The position numbers were made by a program, and so were the translations under genes. Source: Sphingomonadales bacterium (lineage in GTDB: Bacteria; Pseudomonadota; Alphaproteobacteria; Sphingomonadales; Sphingomonadaceae). From it: a stretch of 64,000 nt of DNA. The notes under the pieces are model-generated. The model saw only the letters and a list, made by a program, of their open reading frames with translations, had not been told where the DNA came from and ran no database searches. Below, piece after piece: positions 40,152 through 53,005 of the stretch; position 1 is the stretch's first letter, and each line of letters begins with the position of its first letter. The stretch lies in contig JBIQKC010000009.1 in assembly GCA_044506885.1 (NCBI GenBank), positions 11,197 through 75,196 on the forward strand, in the 5' to 3' direction.

Positions 40152-42374
40152 ATGCGGACAATCGGGCGGACAATCGGAAAGCTGTGGCTGGCTGCGGCGC
40201 TGGCGATTCCCGCGGCGCCGCTCGGCGCGCAAGACGGCGGCGATGCGCCGGTGCTCGCCGCCGAAACGGCGGGCGCGCCCGCGGAGCGCGCGGCCCGGAT
40301 GCTGGAACAGATGACGCTGGATGAAAAGCTGACCCTGCTCAAAGGCTACTTCGCCACCGATTTTCCCGCCGGCAATTACAAGGCCCCGCCGGAGGCGCGC
40401 TACGGCTCGGCCGGCTATGTTCCCGGCATCCCCCGCCTCGGCATTCCCGCGCAGTGGCAGGCGGATGCGGGCATCGGCGTCGCCACGCAAGGCGGCGCGG
40501 AGGAGAAGCGCGGCCGCACCGCCCTCCCCTCCGGCCTCGCCCTCGCCGCCACGTGGGACCGCGAACTGGCCTTTGCCGGGGGCAGGATGATCGGCGCGGA
40601 AGCACGCGCGGACGGCTTCAACGTCCTCCTCGGCGGCAGCGTCAACCTGATCCGCGAGCCGCGCGGCGGGCGCAATTTCGAATACGCGGGCGAAGACCCG
40701 TTGCTCGCGGGCGTCATCGTCGGGGCGCAGATCGCCGGGGTTCAGTCGAACCACATCGTCTCCACCGCCAAGCACTATGCCGCCAACGCGCAGGAAACCG
40801 ATCGCGGGGCGAGCAACGCAGTGATCGAGGAAGGCGCGCTACGCATTTCCGACCTGCTGGCGTTCCAGATCGCGATCGAGCAGGGCAATCCCGGCTCGGT
40901 CATGTGCGCCTACAACCGCGTCAACGGCCCCTACGCCTGCGAGAACCCGTTCCTGCTGACCGAAGTGCTGCGCGACGAATGGGGCTGGCCCGGCTATGTC
41001 ATGTCGGACTGGGGCGCGGCGCATTCCACCGCCGCATCGGCCAATGCCGGGCTGGATCAGGAATCGGGCTTCGGTCTCCAGCGCGCCGACTGGTACAACG
41101 CGGACAAGCTGGAGGCAGCGCTCGCTTCGGGCGAGATCGCCCCGGAGCGCATCGACCTCATGGCCACTCGCGTGCTCCACGCGCTGTTCGAGCACGGTCT
41201 GGTCGACCACCCTGCCGTCCCGGACCAGCCGATCGACCACGCCGCCAACCACGCCGTCAGCCGCTCGGCCGCGGAGGCCGGCATCGTGCTGCTGAAGAAC
41301 GACGGCGGCCTCCTCCCCCTCGCCGCCGGCGGCGCCCGCATCGCCGTGATCGGCGGCCATGCGGACAAGGGCGTGCTTTCGGGCGGCGGGTCCAGCCAGG
41401 TCTATCCCGATGAAGGCAACGCCGTGCCGGGGCTGGAGCCGACCACCTGGCCCGGCCCGGTGGTCTATTACCCGTCGTCCCCGCTGGAGGAACTACGCAA
41501 GCTCCTCCCCGATGCGCGGATCGATTTCGCCAGCGGAGACGACCCGGCCGAAGCCGCCCGTCTCGCCGCGCAGGCGGACGTGGCCGTGGTCTTCGCCACC
41601 CAATGGGCCAGCGAGAGCATCGACGTGGCGCTGTCGCTCGACGGACGGCAGGACGCGCTGATCGCAGCCGTGGCCGTCGCCAACCCGCGCACCGTCGCGG
41701 TGCTCGAAACCGGCGGCCCGGTGCTGATGCCGTGGGCGGACAAGACGTCTGCGATCCTCGCCGCCTGGTACCCCGGCCGCGCGGGCGGCGCGGCGATCGC
41801 CAACGTGCTGACGGGCAGGGTGAACCCCTCGGGCCACCTGCCGGTCACCTTCCCCGCCTCGCTCGACCAGCTTCCCTTTCCCGGAGAGCCGCGCAGGGGC
41901 GAGATCGTCTACCGCGAAGGCGCCGCCGTCGGCTACAAGTGGTTCGACCTCCAGGGGCATGACCCGCTGTTCCCGTTCGGCCACGGGCTGAGCTACACCA
42001 CTTTCGCCTACGACCACCTCGTCGCCACGCGCGAGGGCGACGGGATCGTCGCCATGCTCGAAGTCACCAACACCGGCGATCGCGCGGGGGCGGACGTGGT
42101 CCAGCTCTACGTCGGCGGGCGCGGCTGGGAGGCTCCCCGCCGCCTCGGCGGCTTCGCCAGAGTGGAATTGCAGCCCGGCGAAACCAGACGCGTGGAAATC
42201 CACGTCGACCCGCGCCTCCTCGCCACCTGGTTCACCGCCCGCCCCGGCTGGACCCACCCGGCGGGTCTCTACGAGGTGAGCGCAGGCCATAGCGCGCGCG
42301 AGCTGACGGCCACCGTGACGGTGGAGCTGCCGCCGAGCTTCCTGCCGCCGGAGTGGCGGCCCACCGCGCAGTAG
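40152..42374 (+). CDS. Secreted GH3 beta-glucosidase
   Basis: RNFEYAGEDP, KHY, VMSDWG, PLFPFGHGLSYT. Confidence 0.95.
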   Translation: MRTIGRTIGKLWLAAALAIPAAPLGAQDGGDAPVLAAETAGAPAERAARMLEQMTLDEKLTLLKGYFATDFPAGNYKAPPEARYGSAGYVPGIPRLGIPAQWQADAGIGVATQGGAEEKRGRTALPSGLALAATWDRELAFAGGRMIGAEARADGFNVLLGGSVNLIREPRGGRNFEYAGEDPLLAGVIVGAQIAGVQSNHIVSTAKHYAANAQETDRGASNAVIEEGALRISDLLAFQIAIEQGNPGSVMCAYNRVNGPYACENPFLLTEVLRDEWGWPGYVMSDWGAAHSTAASANAGLDQESGFGLQRADWYNADKLEAALASGEIAPERIDLMATRVLHALFEHGLVDHPAVPDQPIDHAANHAVSRSAAEAGIVLLKNDGGLLPLAAGGARIAVIGGHADKGVLSGGGSSQVYPDEGNAVPGLEPTTWPGPVVYYPSSPLEELRKLLPDARIDFASGDDPAEAARLAAQADVAVVFATQWASESIDVALSLDGRQDALIAAVAVANPRTVAVLETGGPVLMPWADKTSAILAAWYPGRAGGAAIANVLTGRVNPSGHLPVTFPASLDQLPFPGEPRRGEIVYREGAAVGYKWFDLQGHDPLFPFGHGLSYTTFAYDHLVATREGDGIVAMLEVTNTGDRAGADVVQLYVGGRGWEAPRRLGGFARVELQPGETRRVEIHVDPRLLATWFTARPGWTHPAGLYEVSAGHSARELTATVTVELPPSFLPPEWRPTAQ

Positions 42375-42404
42375 GAGACTTCGCAGGCCTCGACGCGCAG
42401 ACAG

Positions 42405-42442
42405 AAAAAGGGCCGCGAGGAACAATCCTCGCGGCCCTTTTT
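42405..42442. terminator. Bidirectional intrinsic terminator
   Basis: AAAAAGGGCCGCGAGGA-ACAA-TCCTCGCGGCCCTTTTT. Confidence 0.9.
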
Positions 42443-42460
42443 CGTCAGGCTCGCCCTGCC

Positions 42461-44764
42461 TCAGTCGTCCTTGAGGAACGCCGGGATGTGGTCCGGGGCC
42501 GGGCCGCGATCGTCGTCGCGGCGGCCTTCGCTGCGCTCGCCACGGTCGCGGCGCGGGCCGCGATCGCGGTCGCCGCCGCGTCCGCCACGGTCGCCGTCCC
42601 TGCGCGGGCGACGGTCGACGCCACGGTCGCCGCGCGGCTCGCGCGGCTCACGCGGCGGGCGGGTGTCTTCCAGTTCCTCGCCGGTTTCCTGGTCGACCAC
42701 GCGCATCGACAGGCGGACCTTGCCGCGCTGGTCGATCTCGAGGACCTTGACCTTCACTTCCTGCCCTTCGGACACGACGTCGGTCGGCTTCTCCACGCGC
42801 TCGTTCTTCATTTCGCTGACGTGGACGAGGCCGTCCTTGCCGCCCATGAAGTTCACGAACGCGCCGAAATCGACGATGTTGACCACCTTGCCGGTGTAGA
42901 TCTTGCCGACTTCGGCTTCCTCGACGATGCCTTCGATCCACTTGCGGGCGGCTTCGATCTGGCTGAGGTCGCTGGACGAGATCTTGATCACGCCCTCGTC
43001 ATCGATGTCCACCTTGGCGCCGGTTTCGGCCACGATCTCGCGGATCACCTTGCCGCCGGTGCCGATCACGTCGCGGATCTTCGACTTGTCGATCTGCATC
43101 GTCTCGATACGCGGGGCATGAGCGCTGAGTTCGGTGCGGGCGGAGCCCAGCGCCTTGGTCATTTCGCCCAGAATGTGCGCGCGGCCGGCCTTCGCCTGCT
43201 CCAGCGCCTGGCCCATGATCTCCTTGGTGATGCCGGCGATCTTGATGTCCATCTGGAGCGAGGTGATGCCCGCTTCGGTGCCCGCGACCTTGAAGTCCAT
43301 GTCGCCGAGGTGATCCTCGTCGCCGAGAATGTCGCTGAGGACGGCGAAGTCCTTGCCCTCCAGGATCAGGCCCATGGCGATGCCCGAAACCGGGCGCGCG
43401 ATCGGCACGCCGGCGTCCATCATCGCCAGACACCCGCCGCAGACCGTCGCCATCGAGGAGGAGCCGTTGCTCTCCGTGATGTCGCTGAGAATGCGGATGG
43501 TATAGGGGAAGTCTTCCTTGCTCGGCAGCATCGGACGCAGCGCGCGCCAAGCCAGCTTGCCGTGGCCGACCTCACGCCGCCCCGGCGCGCCGAAGCGGCC
43601 CACTTCGCCGACCGAATAGGGCGGGAAGTTGTAGTGCAGCATGAAGCTTTCGTACGACAGGCCGCCGAGGCCGTCGATCATCTGCTCGGACTCCTTGGTG
43701 CCGAGCGTGGTGGTGCAGATCGCCTGCGTCTCGCCCCGCGTGAACAGCGCCGATCCGTGGGTGCGCGGCAGGAAGCCGACCGTGGCCTCGATCGGGCGGA
43801 CCTGATCGAGCTTGCGGCCGTCAATGCGCGCGCCGTCCTTGAGGATCGCGGTGCGGACCACGTCCGCCTCGATCTTCTTGGTCAGCTTGATCGCGGTCAT
43901 CACCGTCTGGCCGTCCTGGCCTTCGTAGTGCGCCTTGACCTTGTCGCGCGCGGCGTTGAGCGCATCGGAGCGGGCGGACTTGCTGGTGAGCTTGTAGGCG
44001 GCCGCGACATCGCTGCCGATCAGCTTCTTGATTTCGGCCTTCATCGCCGAATTGTCGGCGATGTCGAGTTCCCACGGGTCCTTGGCGGCCTGTTCGGCGA
44101 GGTCGACGATCGCCTTGACGACCTTCTTCGATTCCTCGTGCGCGAACATCACCGCGCCGAGCATCTCTTCCTCGGTCAGTTCCTTGGCTTCGGATTCGAC
44201 CATCATCACCGCGTCGTGCGTGGCCGCGACGACGAGGTCGAGACGGCCTTCGGCGACTTCGGCCATGCTCGGATTGAGCTGGTATTCGCCGTCCTTGAAG
44301 CCGACACGCGCGGCGCCGATCGGGCCCATGAAGGGAACGCCCGAAATCGTCAGCGCGGCCGACGCGGCAACCATCGCCACGATGTCGGCCTCGGTCTCGC
44401 CATCATAGGAAAGGACCTGCGCGATGACGTTGATTTCGTTATAGAACCCTTCCGGGAACAGCGGCCGGATCGGCCGGTCGATCAGGCGGCTGGTGAGCGT
44501 TTCCTTTTCGGTCGCCCCGCGCTCGCGCTTGAAGAAGCCGCCGGGGATGCGCCCGGCGGCGGAGAACTTTTCCTGGTAGTGGACGGTGAGCGGGAAGAAA
44601 TCCTGCCCGTCCTTGACGCTCTTTGCGGCGGTAACGGCGCAGAGAACGACGGTTTCGCCGTAAGTGGCGAGGACCGCCCCGTCGGCCTGACGGGCAATGC
44701 GGCCGGTTTCCAGAGTGAGGGTCTTTCCGCCCCACTCCAGCGATACGGTTTTCGTGTCGAACAT
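42461..44764 (-). CDS. pnp: Polyribonucleotide nucleotidyltransferase
   Basis: [24 protein letters not shown] and S1 domains. Confidence 0.98.
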   Translation of the reverse strand: MFDTKTVSLEWGGKTLTLETGRIARQADGAVLATYGETVVLCAVTAAKSVKDGQDFFPLTVHYQEKFSAAGRIPGGFFKRERGATEKETLTSRLIDRPIRPLFPEGFYNEINVIAQVLSYDGETEADIVAMVAASAALTISGVPFMGPIGAARVGFKDGEYQLNPSMAEVAEGRLDLVVAATHDAVMMVESEAKELTEEEMLGAVMFAHEESKKVVKAIVDLAEQAAKDPWELDIADNSAMKAEIKKLIGSDVAAAYKLTSKSARSDALNAARDKVKAHYEGQDGQTVMTAIKLTKKIEADVVRTAILKDGARIDGRKLDQVRPIEATVGFLPRTHGSALFTRGETQAICTTTLGTKESEQMIDGLGGLSYESFMLHYNFPPYSVGEVGRFGAPGRREVGHGKLAWRALRPMLPSKEDFPYTIRILSDITESNGSSSMATVCGGCLAMMDAGVPIARPVSGIAMGLILEGKDFAVLSDILGDEDHLGDMDFKVAGTEAGITSLQMDIKIAGITKEIMGQALEQAKAGRAHILGEMTKALGSARTELSAHAPRIETMQIDKSKIRDVIGTGGKVIREIVAETGAKVDIDDEGVIKISSSDLSQIEAARKWIEGIVEEAEVGKIYTGKVVNIVDFGAFVNFMGGKDGLVHVSEMKNERVEKPTDVVSEGQEVKVKVLEIDQRGKVRLSMRVVDQETGEELEDTRPPREPREPRGDRGVDRRPRRDGDRGGRGGDRDRGPRRDRGERSEGRRDDDRGPAPDHIPAFLKDD

Positions 44765-44935
44765 GATGTTTCCTTCGTGAACCCGCAGCGCCGTATTGCG
44801 CGGCGGGGCCTCAATGCCGGGTATGCCGTCCCGGTCCGGTGCGGGGCCTTGTTCAGCCCCAGGCCCCTCCGCCGGATTGCGAAGGATGCCAAAAGCGAAA
44901 GGCGGCCCGCGATGGGGCCGCCTTCCATCAAACTC

Positions 44936-45205
44936 TTATTTCCGCAGACCCAGCTTCTGGATCAGGCTGTTGTAGCGCTCGACGTCCTTCTTCTTGAGGT
45001 AGGCGAGCAGACTGCGACGCTTGTTGACCATCATCAGCAGGCCGCGGCGCGAATGGTTGTCCTTGTGGTGGTCCTTGAAGTGTTCGGTCAGGTTGCGGAT
45101 ACGCTCGGTGAGGATCGCGACCTGCACTTCGGGGGAACCGGTATCGCCCTTGGACTGGGCGTTGTCCTTGATGATTTCCGTCTTCTTTTCGGCGGTAACC
45201 GACAT
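44936..45205 (-). CDS. rpsO: 30S ribosomal protein S15
   Basis: [20 protein letters not shown]. Confidence 0.98.
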   Translation of the reverse strand: MSVTAEKKTEIIKDNAQSKGDTGSPEVQVAILTERIRNLTEHFKDHHKDNHSRRGLLMMVNKRRSLLAYLKKKDVERYNSLIQKLGLRK

Positions 45206-45209
45206 TCTC

Positions 45210-46214
45210 TTACTCCGCGGTATCGGACAGGTTGAAGCCCCGGACGACTTTCGCCGCGCCGCCCGAAAGTTCGATCAGCGCCACGGGGACTGTGCCGGCC
45301 GTGGCGAGATAGAGCCCATCGGGATGGGGCATTCCGGAAAGGACCCGGCCCTGGCGGACCGCCCGCGCGCTTTCCGGATCGAGGGTCAGGGCCGGGATAC
45401 CGTCCAGCCCCGCCTCCAGCGGCAGGAGGTGGTCTTCAAGGCGCGCGCCGTTACCGATTTCCTCCAGAATGTCCAGTGAAATCGCCCGGCTTTCCGTGAA
45501 CGGACCGGCCTTGATGCGCCTCAGATAGGCGACGTGGCCCACGGTTCCAAGGGCATGGGCGATGTCGCGCGCCAGGCTGCGGATATAGGTGCCCTTGCTG
45601 ACTTCGGCGACGAGGGTGACGCTGTCGGCCAGTTCGAGCGGAGCGGCCGGATCGTAGGGGTCGGGACGGCCGGCGGTCGTGGCGAAGGCGGAATCGAGCG
45701 GAACTGCACCGCCGCCGTTCAACGGCGCCAGCGAATGAATAGTCACCCGCCGGGTCTTCAGTTCTACCTCCTCCCCTGCCCGCGCGCGATCGTAGGCCCG
45801 GCGGCCGTCGACCTTGAGCGCGGAGTAGGCGGGCGGAACCTGGTCGATTTCCCCGGTGAAGTGTTCGCAGATCGCCGCCACCGCCGCGAGCGGGGGCCGG
45901 TGCGCGCTGGTGGCGACGACCGCGCCTTCGGCATCCAGCGTGTCGGTCTCCTCTCCGAAGGCAATGGTGAAGGCGTAGACCTTCCTCGCATCGAGCATTC
46001 GCCCGGCAAGCTTCGTCGCCTCCCCCAATGCGATCGGCAACACGCCTTCGGCCAGCGGATCGAGCGTGCCGCCATGGCCGGACTTGACCTTGCCGTAGCC
46101 CGCGTTGCGCAGGACGCGCCTGACCGCGGCGACCGCCTGCGTCGACCCGAGCCCGCGCGGCTTGTCGAGGATCAGCCAGCCGTGCGCGTCGCGCCGTGTC
46201 GTCGCTTCGGTCAT
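45210..46214 (-). CDS. truB: tRNA pseudouridine(55) synthase
   Basis: [31 protein letters not shown]. Confidence 0.97.
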   Translation of the reverse strand: MTEATTRRDAHGWLILDKPRGLGSTQAVAAVRRVLRNAGYGKVKSGHGGTLDPLAEGVLPIALGEATKLAGRMLDARKVYAFTIAFGEETDTLDAEGAVVATSAHRPPLAAVAAICEHFTGEIDQVPPAYSALKVDGRRAYDRARAGEEVELKTRRVTIHSLAPLNGGGAVPLDSAFATTAGRPDPYDPAAPLELADSVTLVAEVSKGTYIRSLARDIAHALGTVGHVAYLRRIKAGPFTESRAISLDILEEIGNGARLEDHLLPLEAGLDGIPALTLDPESARAVRQGRVLSGMPHPDGLYLATAGTVPVALIELSGGAAKVVRGFNLSDTAE

Positions 46215-46702
46215 TCGGGAAACGCCAGCTTCCTGCCGTGATCGCGGATGTCGCGCGGCCAGTCGTAGCTGAAATGATCGTAGCCGACCTTGTTTCCGGC
46301 ATAGATCTCGCGGACCGCATCCTCGAACTTCGGCAGATCGCCCGCCATGGCATGCAGGAAACGATAGGCGGCGTCACGACACTGCTCGACGCTGCGGGCG
46401 CGTTTGCCGGCCTCGTCCACCAGTCTGCGAAGAGTGGCCGACGCCCCGCCCCGCTGCGCGTTCAGCCAGTCCCAGTGTCGCGGCAGCAGCGTCACCTCGC
46501 GCGCCTTGACGCCAAGCGAAGGGCGCCCGCGCGGCCTGTCTTCCGCGCGCAGATCGAGATCGATCTGCCGCCCGCTGTCGTCGTCGAAGACAAGCAGATC
46601 GGATGCGCGCTCAGGCCGATCGAGCCCGCGCAGTATCGGAATCACCTCGTCCACCGCGCCATTGGCGATGAGCGCGCCCTTGAGAAATGCAGTCACTGTC
46701 AT
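46211..46702 (-). CDS. DUF2239 family protein
   Basis: RGRPSLGVKAREVTLLPRHWDWL..Q.GGASATLRRLVDEA. Confidence 0.9.
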   Translation of the reverse strand: MTVTAFLKGALIANGAVDEVIPILRGLDRPERASDLLVFDDDSGRQIDLDLRAEDRPRGRPSLGVKAREVTLLPRHWDWLNAQRGGASATLRRLVDEAGKRARSVEQCRDAAYRFLHAMAGDLPKFEDAVREIYAGNKVGYDHFSYDWPRDIRDHGRKLAFPE

Positions 46703-46757
46703 GGGCGGGCGATTATCACCCGGACAAATTATGTCAAATATATCCGGGTAAAAATTT

Positions 46758-47438
46758 TCACACGCCGATCCATGAGACGATGGCCATGAACTGCGCCTCC
46801 ACCCACATGGCGGGCGGCAGCACGACCCGCTCGACAATGCCGAGCCCAGGGAACAGCCACGGGATAACGACGAGCAGCAACAGCAGCAGCGGAAAGCCGA
46901 ACGGGCGCAGCCGATCGTAAGCCGCAGCGGCGCGTTCCGGCAGCAGGCCCTCGACGATATGCGAGCCGTCGAAGGGCGGAATCGGCAACATGTTGAACAG
47001 CGCCAGAAAGATGTTGATCATGATGAAGTATTGCAGCGCCACCGCGGCGAAACCGCCAAGCGCGCCGGGATCGGGCAAGCCGCGCATCATCAGGCCGAGC
47101 ACAACCGCGCCGATGGTGGCGAGAACGATGTTCATGCCCGGCCCGGCGGCCGCCACGGCCATCATGCCGAAGCGCGGATTGCGCAGGCGCTCCCTGATCA
47201 CGGGCACGGGCTTGGCCCAACCAAACGCCGGCAGCCCCGCCAACAGCAATCCCCCCGGAACCAGCAAAGTGCCGACAGGGTCGACATGGCGGATGGGATT
47301 GAAACTCAGCCGCCGCTGTTCCTGGGCCGTAGGGTCACCGAGAGCGAGCGCTGTCCAGCCATGGGCAACCTCGTGAAACACGATAGCGATGACGAGCGCG
47401 GGAATCACCGCAAGCGCAATAAGCAGGGTTTCGTCCAT
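46758..47438 (-). CDS. Site-2 protease (M50) family protein
   Basis: HEVAH; FNMLPIPPFDG. Confidence 0.92.
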   Translation of the reverse strand: MDETLLIALAVIPALVIAIVFHEVAHGWTALALGDPTAQEQRRLSFNPIRHVDPVGTLLVPGGLLLAGLPAFGWAKPVPVIRERLRNPRFGMMAVAAAGPGMNIVLATIGAVVLGLMMRGLPDPGALGGFAAVALQYFIMINIFLALFNMLPIPPFDGSHIVEGLLPERAAAAYDRLRPFGFPLLLLLLVVIPWLFPGLGIVERVVLPPAMWVEAQFMAIVSWIGV

Positions 47439-47477
47439 GCAGCGCTAGGTAGGTGCGCCGGGGCGGCGTGTCACCTG

Positions 47478-47864
47478 TCAGTCGAGAGTGACCGGACTGC
47501 GCGAATTCACTTGCGGCGGCGCAGCCGAACGGCGGATGCTTTCGATCGAACAGTTCAGGCCTGTCCGCGGCTGGCTTACGCGCGTGAAGCGATCGATCCT
47601 GCCGCCGGGATTCCGGCTGTCGAACGACAGGGCATCGCTGGTCAGGCCGTTGTCCAGGCAGCCGTCGTTCAGTTCGATCCGGTACCAGCGGCCGGTCCGA
47701 TGGCGGACGAAGATCACATCGCCCTTGCCGCGATGATATTCCCGGATACCGCCCGAAGGAATATCGGTTTCCCCGTCGGACACGCCCGGCAACGCCGCCG
47801 GAGCCGCCGCCGCGAGAGCGCCGGGCAGCAGGACCGCGATGGATGCGATTGCGAGGTTTCTCAT
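47478..47864 (-). CDS. Secreted protein (DUF6491-like)
   Basis: Signal peptide, two Cys, WYRIEL...C. Confidence 0.7.
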   Translation of the reverse strand: MRNLAIASIAVLLPGALAAAAPAALPGVSDGETDIPSGGIREYHRGKGDVIFVRHRTGRWYRIELNDGCLDNGLTSDALSFDSRNPGGRIDRFTRVSQPRTGLNCSIESIRRSAAPPQVNSRSPVTLD

Positions 47865-47921
47865 AGAGCGGCTCCCAAGGTCAGGAGAACACCACGCGAG
47901 CGTTGAATTGGCGCTGAACCG

Positions 47922-48326
47922 TCAATCCTCGCCCAGTTCGCCGAGGTCGCGGGCGACGCGCGGGTCGTTGAGCAGCCGTTCGATGCGGTCGGCCTCGTCG
48001 AAGCTCTCGTCGGCGAGGAACTTGAGCTTCGGCGCGAACTTGAGGCCGAGCCGCTGGGCGACTTCGCGCTGGAGATAGGCGGTGTTCCGGCGCAGCGCGG
48101 CGACGACTTCCTGTTCGTCGCCGCCGAGCAGCGGCTTGGCATAGACGCGCGCCTGGCGCAGATCGGGCGACATCCGTACTTCGGTGACCGACACCGTATG
48201 CGCGCTCAGCGTATCGTCGTGGACCTGCTGGCGGGCGAGGATTTCGCTGAGCACGTGGCGGATGCGTTCGCCGACCTTGAGCAGGCGGACCGACTGGTCG
48301 GCGGCGGAGTGGGGCTGACGGGACAT
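47922..48326 (-). CDS. rbfA: Ribosome-binding factor A
   Basis: [26 protein letters not shown]. Confidence 0.96.
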   Translation of the reverse strand: MSRQPHSAADQSVRLLKVGERIRHVLSEILARQQVHDDTLSAHTVSVTEVRMSPDLRQARVYAKPLLGGDEQEVVAALRRNTAYLQREVAQRLGLKFAPKLKFLADESFDEADRIERLLNDPRVARDLGELGED

Positions 48327-48331
48327 GGCCC

Positions 48332-49036
48332 CTAGATGCGATCCCTGAGCCACAGTGCAAGCATCTCGCGCCCCGCTTCCGCCAGTGCGGCGCGGTAGCG
48401 CGCGCCGTCGGCCCTGATTTGCGCCACGTCGAAGCCCGCCTGCGCCAGCTCGGCGGCATGACCGACAAGCCAGTTTTCCAGCGTTCCGCAGTCGGTTTCG
48501 GCGTGGAATTGCAGGGCGAGCACGTTATCCCCGGCCGCGAACGCCTGATGCGGACATTGCGCGCTCGACGCCAGCAGCGTCGCCCCGGCGGGCAGGTCGA
48601 ACTGGTCGCCGTGCCAGTGGAGCACCGGCTTGCCTTCGAGCAGCGCCAGCGCGGACTTGCGGCCCGCGTCCGTCAGTGCGAGCGGCGAGAAGCCGATCTC
48701 CCTGGAGCTCATCGGCCCCACCCGCGCGCCGAGCGCGGTGGCGACGAGCTGCGCGCCGAGGCACACGCCTAGCAGCGGCTTTCCGGCGGCGATCCGCCGT
48801 TCGATCAGGCGTAGTTCGTCGGCGAGGAACGGATAGCGATCCTGCTGGTAAGCGCCGATCGGCCCGCCGAGGACGATCATCAAATCGCCGTCGAGCGGAT
48901 CGAGCGCGCCGAGATCCGCCACCGGCGCATCGACATAGTCGACGGTATAGCCGTTGGCGGCGAACCACGGCCCCCAGACGCCGAGATCCTCGAACAGGAC
49001 ATGGCGGATGGCGACGACGCTAGGGTCAGGACCCAT
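48332..49036 (-). CDS. Class I glutamine amidotransferase
   Basis: [23 protein letters not shown]; start codon supplied by the MITE end. Confidence 0.88.
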   Translation of the reverse strand: MGPDPSVVAIRHVLFEDLGVWGPWFAANGYTVDYVDAPVADLGALDPLDGDLMIVLGGPIGAYQQDRYPFLADELRLIERRIAAGKPLLGVCLGAQLVATALGARVGPMSSREIGFSPLALTDAGRKSALALLEGKPVLHWHGDQFDLPAGATLLASSAQCPHQAFAAGDNVLALQFHAETDCGTLENWLVGHAAELAQAGFDVAQIRADGARYRAALAEAGREMLALWLRDRI

Positions 49037-49180
49037 TAAATGCACGCTCGAGGTTTGAAGCGATTTTGTCCGGGGCGAGGAGGCAGGGTACGGGAATATG
49101 TCGATATTTCAAACCCTGCCGACGCTGCCCTGGGCAAAATCGGTCAAATCCCGCAGGGACGTCGAAATGGCTCCTGACCC
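49023..49180. mobile_element. 158-bp MITE with 15-bp TIRs and TA target duplication (IS5-family-like ends)
   Basis: TA-GGGTCAGGACCCATT ... AATGGCTCCTGACCC-TA; long internal palindrome. Confidence 0.8.
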
Positions 49181-49722
49181 TAGGCATCGGCATCCATTCT
49201 TTCGAGCATCCGCCCGATGGAGCGCACGTTGCGCGCGGTGGCGCGGCATTTGACGACCCCGGCCTTCTTCATCGCCGGATCGAGCATCGACCGCGCGACG
49301 CCGTCGACGAAATCGACGTAGAACTCGCGCTTGCCGGGCGCGAGGCGCTCGGGCCCGTCGTAGGTCCTGGCGAAAGCTTCGAACGCCTCGCGGTCAAGCT
49401 CGCCCGAAAGGAAGACAGTGTGGACGAACTTCGGTTCGCCGTCGGCCGCGAACGGGTTGTTCTCCACCGCCGCGGCAAGCTCCGCCCGGCTGCGCACGGC
49501 GGCGAAGCTGTCGATGCCGAAGCGGTTCTTCACGATGCCCGCGAGCCGCTGTTCCAGCCCGGCATCGGCCGCCGAAGGATGGTCGAACAGCACGTTGCCG
49601 CTGGCGACCACCGTGGCGACGTTGGCGAACCCCTCCGCCTCCAGCGCCGCCTTGAGATCGGCCATCTTCAGCCGGTTGCCGCCGACATTGATCGAGCCGA
49701 GCAAGGCGACGTAGCGGGGCAT
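49180..49722 (-). CDS. DUF1697 protein
   Basis: YVALL.SINVGG..KMADL..ASGNV; TARN. Confidence 0.9.
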   Translation of the reverse strand: MPRYVALLGSINVGGNRLKMADLKAALEAEGFANVATVVASGNVLFDHPSAADAGLEQRLAGIVKNRFGIDSFAAVRSRAELAAAVENNPFAADGEPKFVHTVFLSGELDREAFEAFARTYDGPERLAPGKREFYVDFVDGVARSMLDPAMKKAGVVKCRATARNVRSIGRMLERMDADA

Positions 49723-49725
49723 GGG

Positions 49726-52251
<2,526 letters not shown>

Positions 52252-52306
52252 ACGCTCTCAATAGTCCTTCAGAATGCAAACGTCGCCCGGCTTGTCCGAA
52301 CGGCCC

Positions 52307-53005
52307 TCAGGCCGCCCGATCCACCCCGGCGCTATTCGGGTGCCCCAGAAAGTTCAGCAGACGCCGCAGCGGGGAGGCGACCCGCTCGGCCGATGCGCGA
52401 TCGGCCAGCGCCAGATGGACGACATTGTCGCGGCCCAATGCCACAGACAGCGCCGCGCGGTCCAGTGGCAGGCGCAGGCCCGAAAGGCCACTGCCTTCCG
52501 CCTCGCTGCCGACGCGAAACGCCTGATCGAGCTTGCGGCTGCCGTCATCGCTGGCGTCGGCGGCGTGATAGAGCGCCGCGACCCTGCCCATCCGCGCCTC
52601 GCCCGCAATCCGGTCCGAACCCAAGATAAGGCGTCCGGTCCGCATTTCGAGCCCCAGCCGGTCGAGCAGCGCGCGCAGCAGGGCCTTTTCGGTCAGATCG
52701 GGCAGATCGTCGGGGATCGCCAGCGCGCCGGTCTTGAACGCGCGCGCCAGCGCCGCCTTCAGCTTGCCGTTCGCCAGCGCGCTTTCGAGCGCCGCGCGAT
52801 CGACGCCGATCCACGCGCCCCGCCCCGGCGCTTTCGCCAGCGCGTCGGGCAGCACCCTGCCGTCGGGCGCGAGCGCGAGGCGCACCAGCGCGTCGCGGCC
52901 GCCGGCGGCGCCGGTGAGCACGCACCGCCGCTCGCCCCCGTCGCCGGGTTCGCGTGGTTCGGCGCTGTCGAGGTCGACTAGCGGCTCATTGCGAGGATTC
53001 CGCAT
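52307..53005 (-). CDS. DUF448 (YlxR-like) RNA-binding protein with L7Ae-like domain
   Basis: ERRCVLT..PGRGAW; lies between nusA and infB. Confidence 0.9.
   Translation of the reverse strand: MRNPRNEPLVDLDSAEPREPGDGGERRCVLTGAAGGRDALVRLALAPDGRVLPDALAKAPGRGAWIGVDRAALESALANGKLKAALARAFKTGALAIPDDLPDLTEKALLRALLDRLGLEMRTGRLILGSDRIAGEARMGRVAALYHAADASDDGSRKLDQAFRVGSEAEGSGLSGLRLPLDRAALSVALGRDNVVHLALADRASAERVASPLRRLLNFLGHPNSAGVDRAA

Noticed and set aside
42353..45235. 960 aa plus-strand ORF
   Set aside because: Antisense shadow of pnp and rpsO
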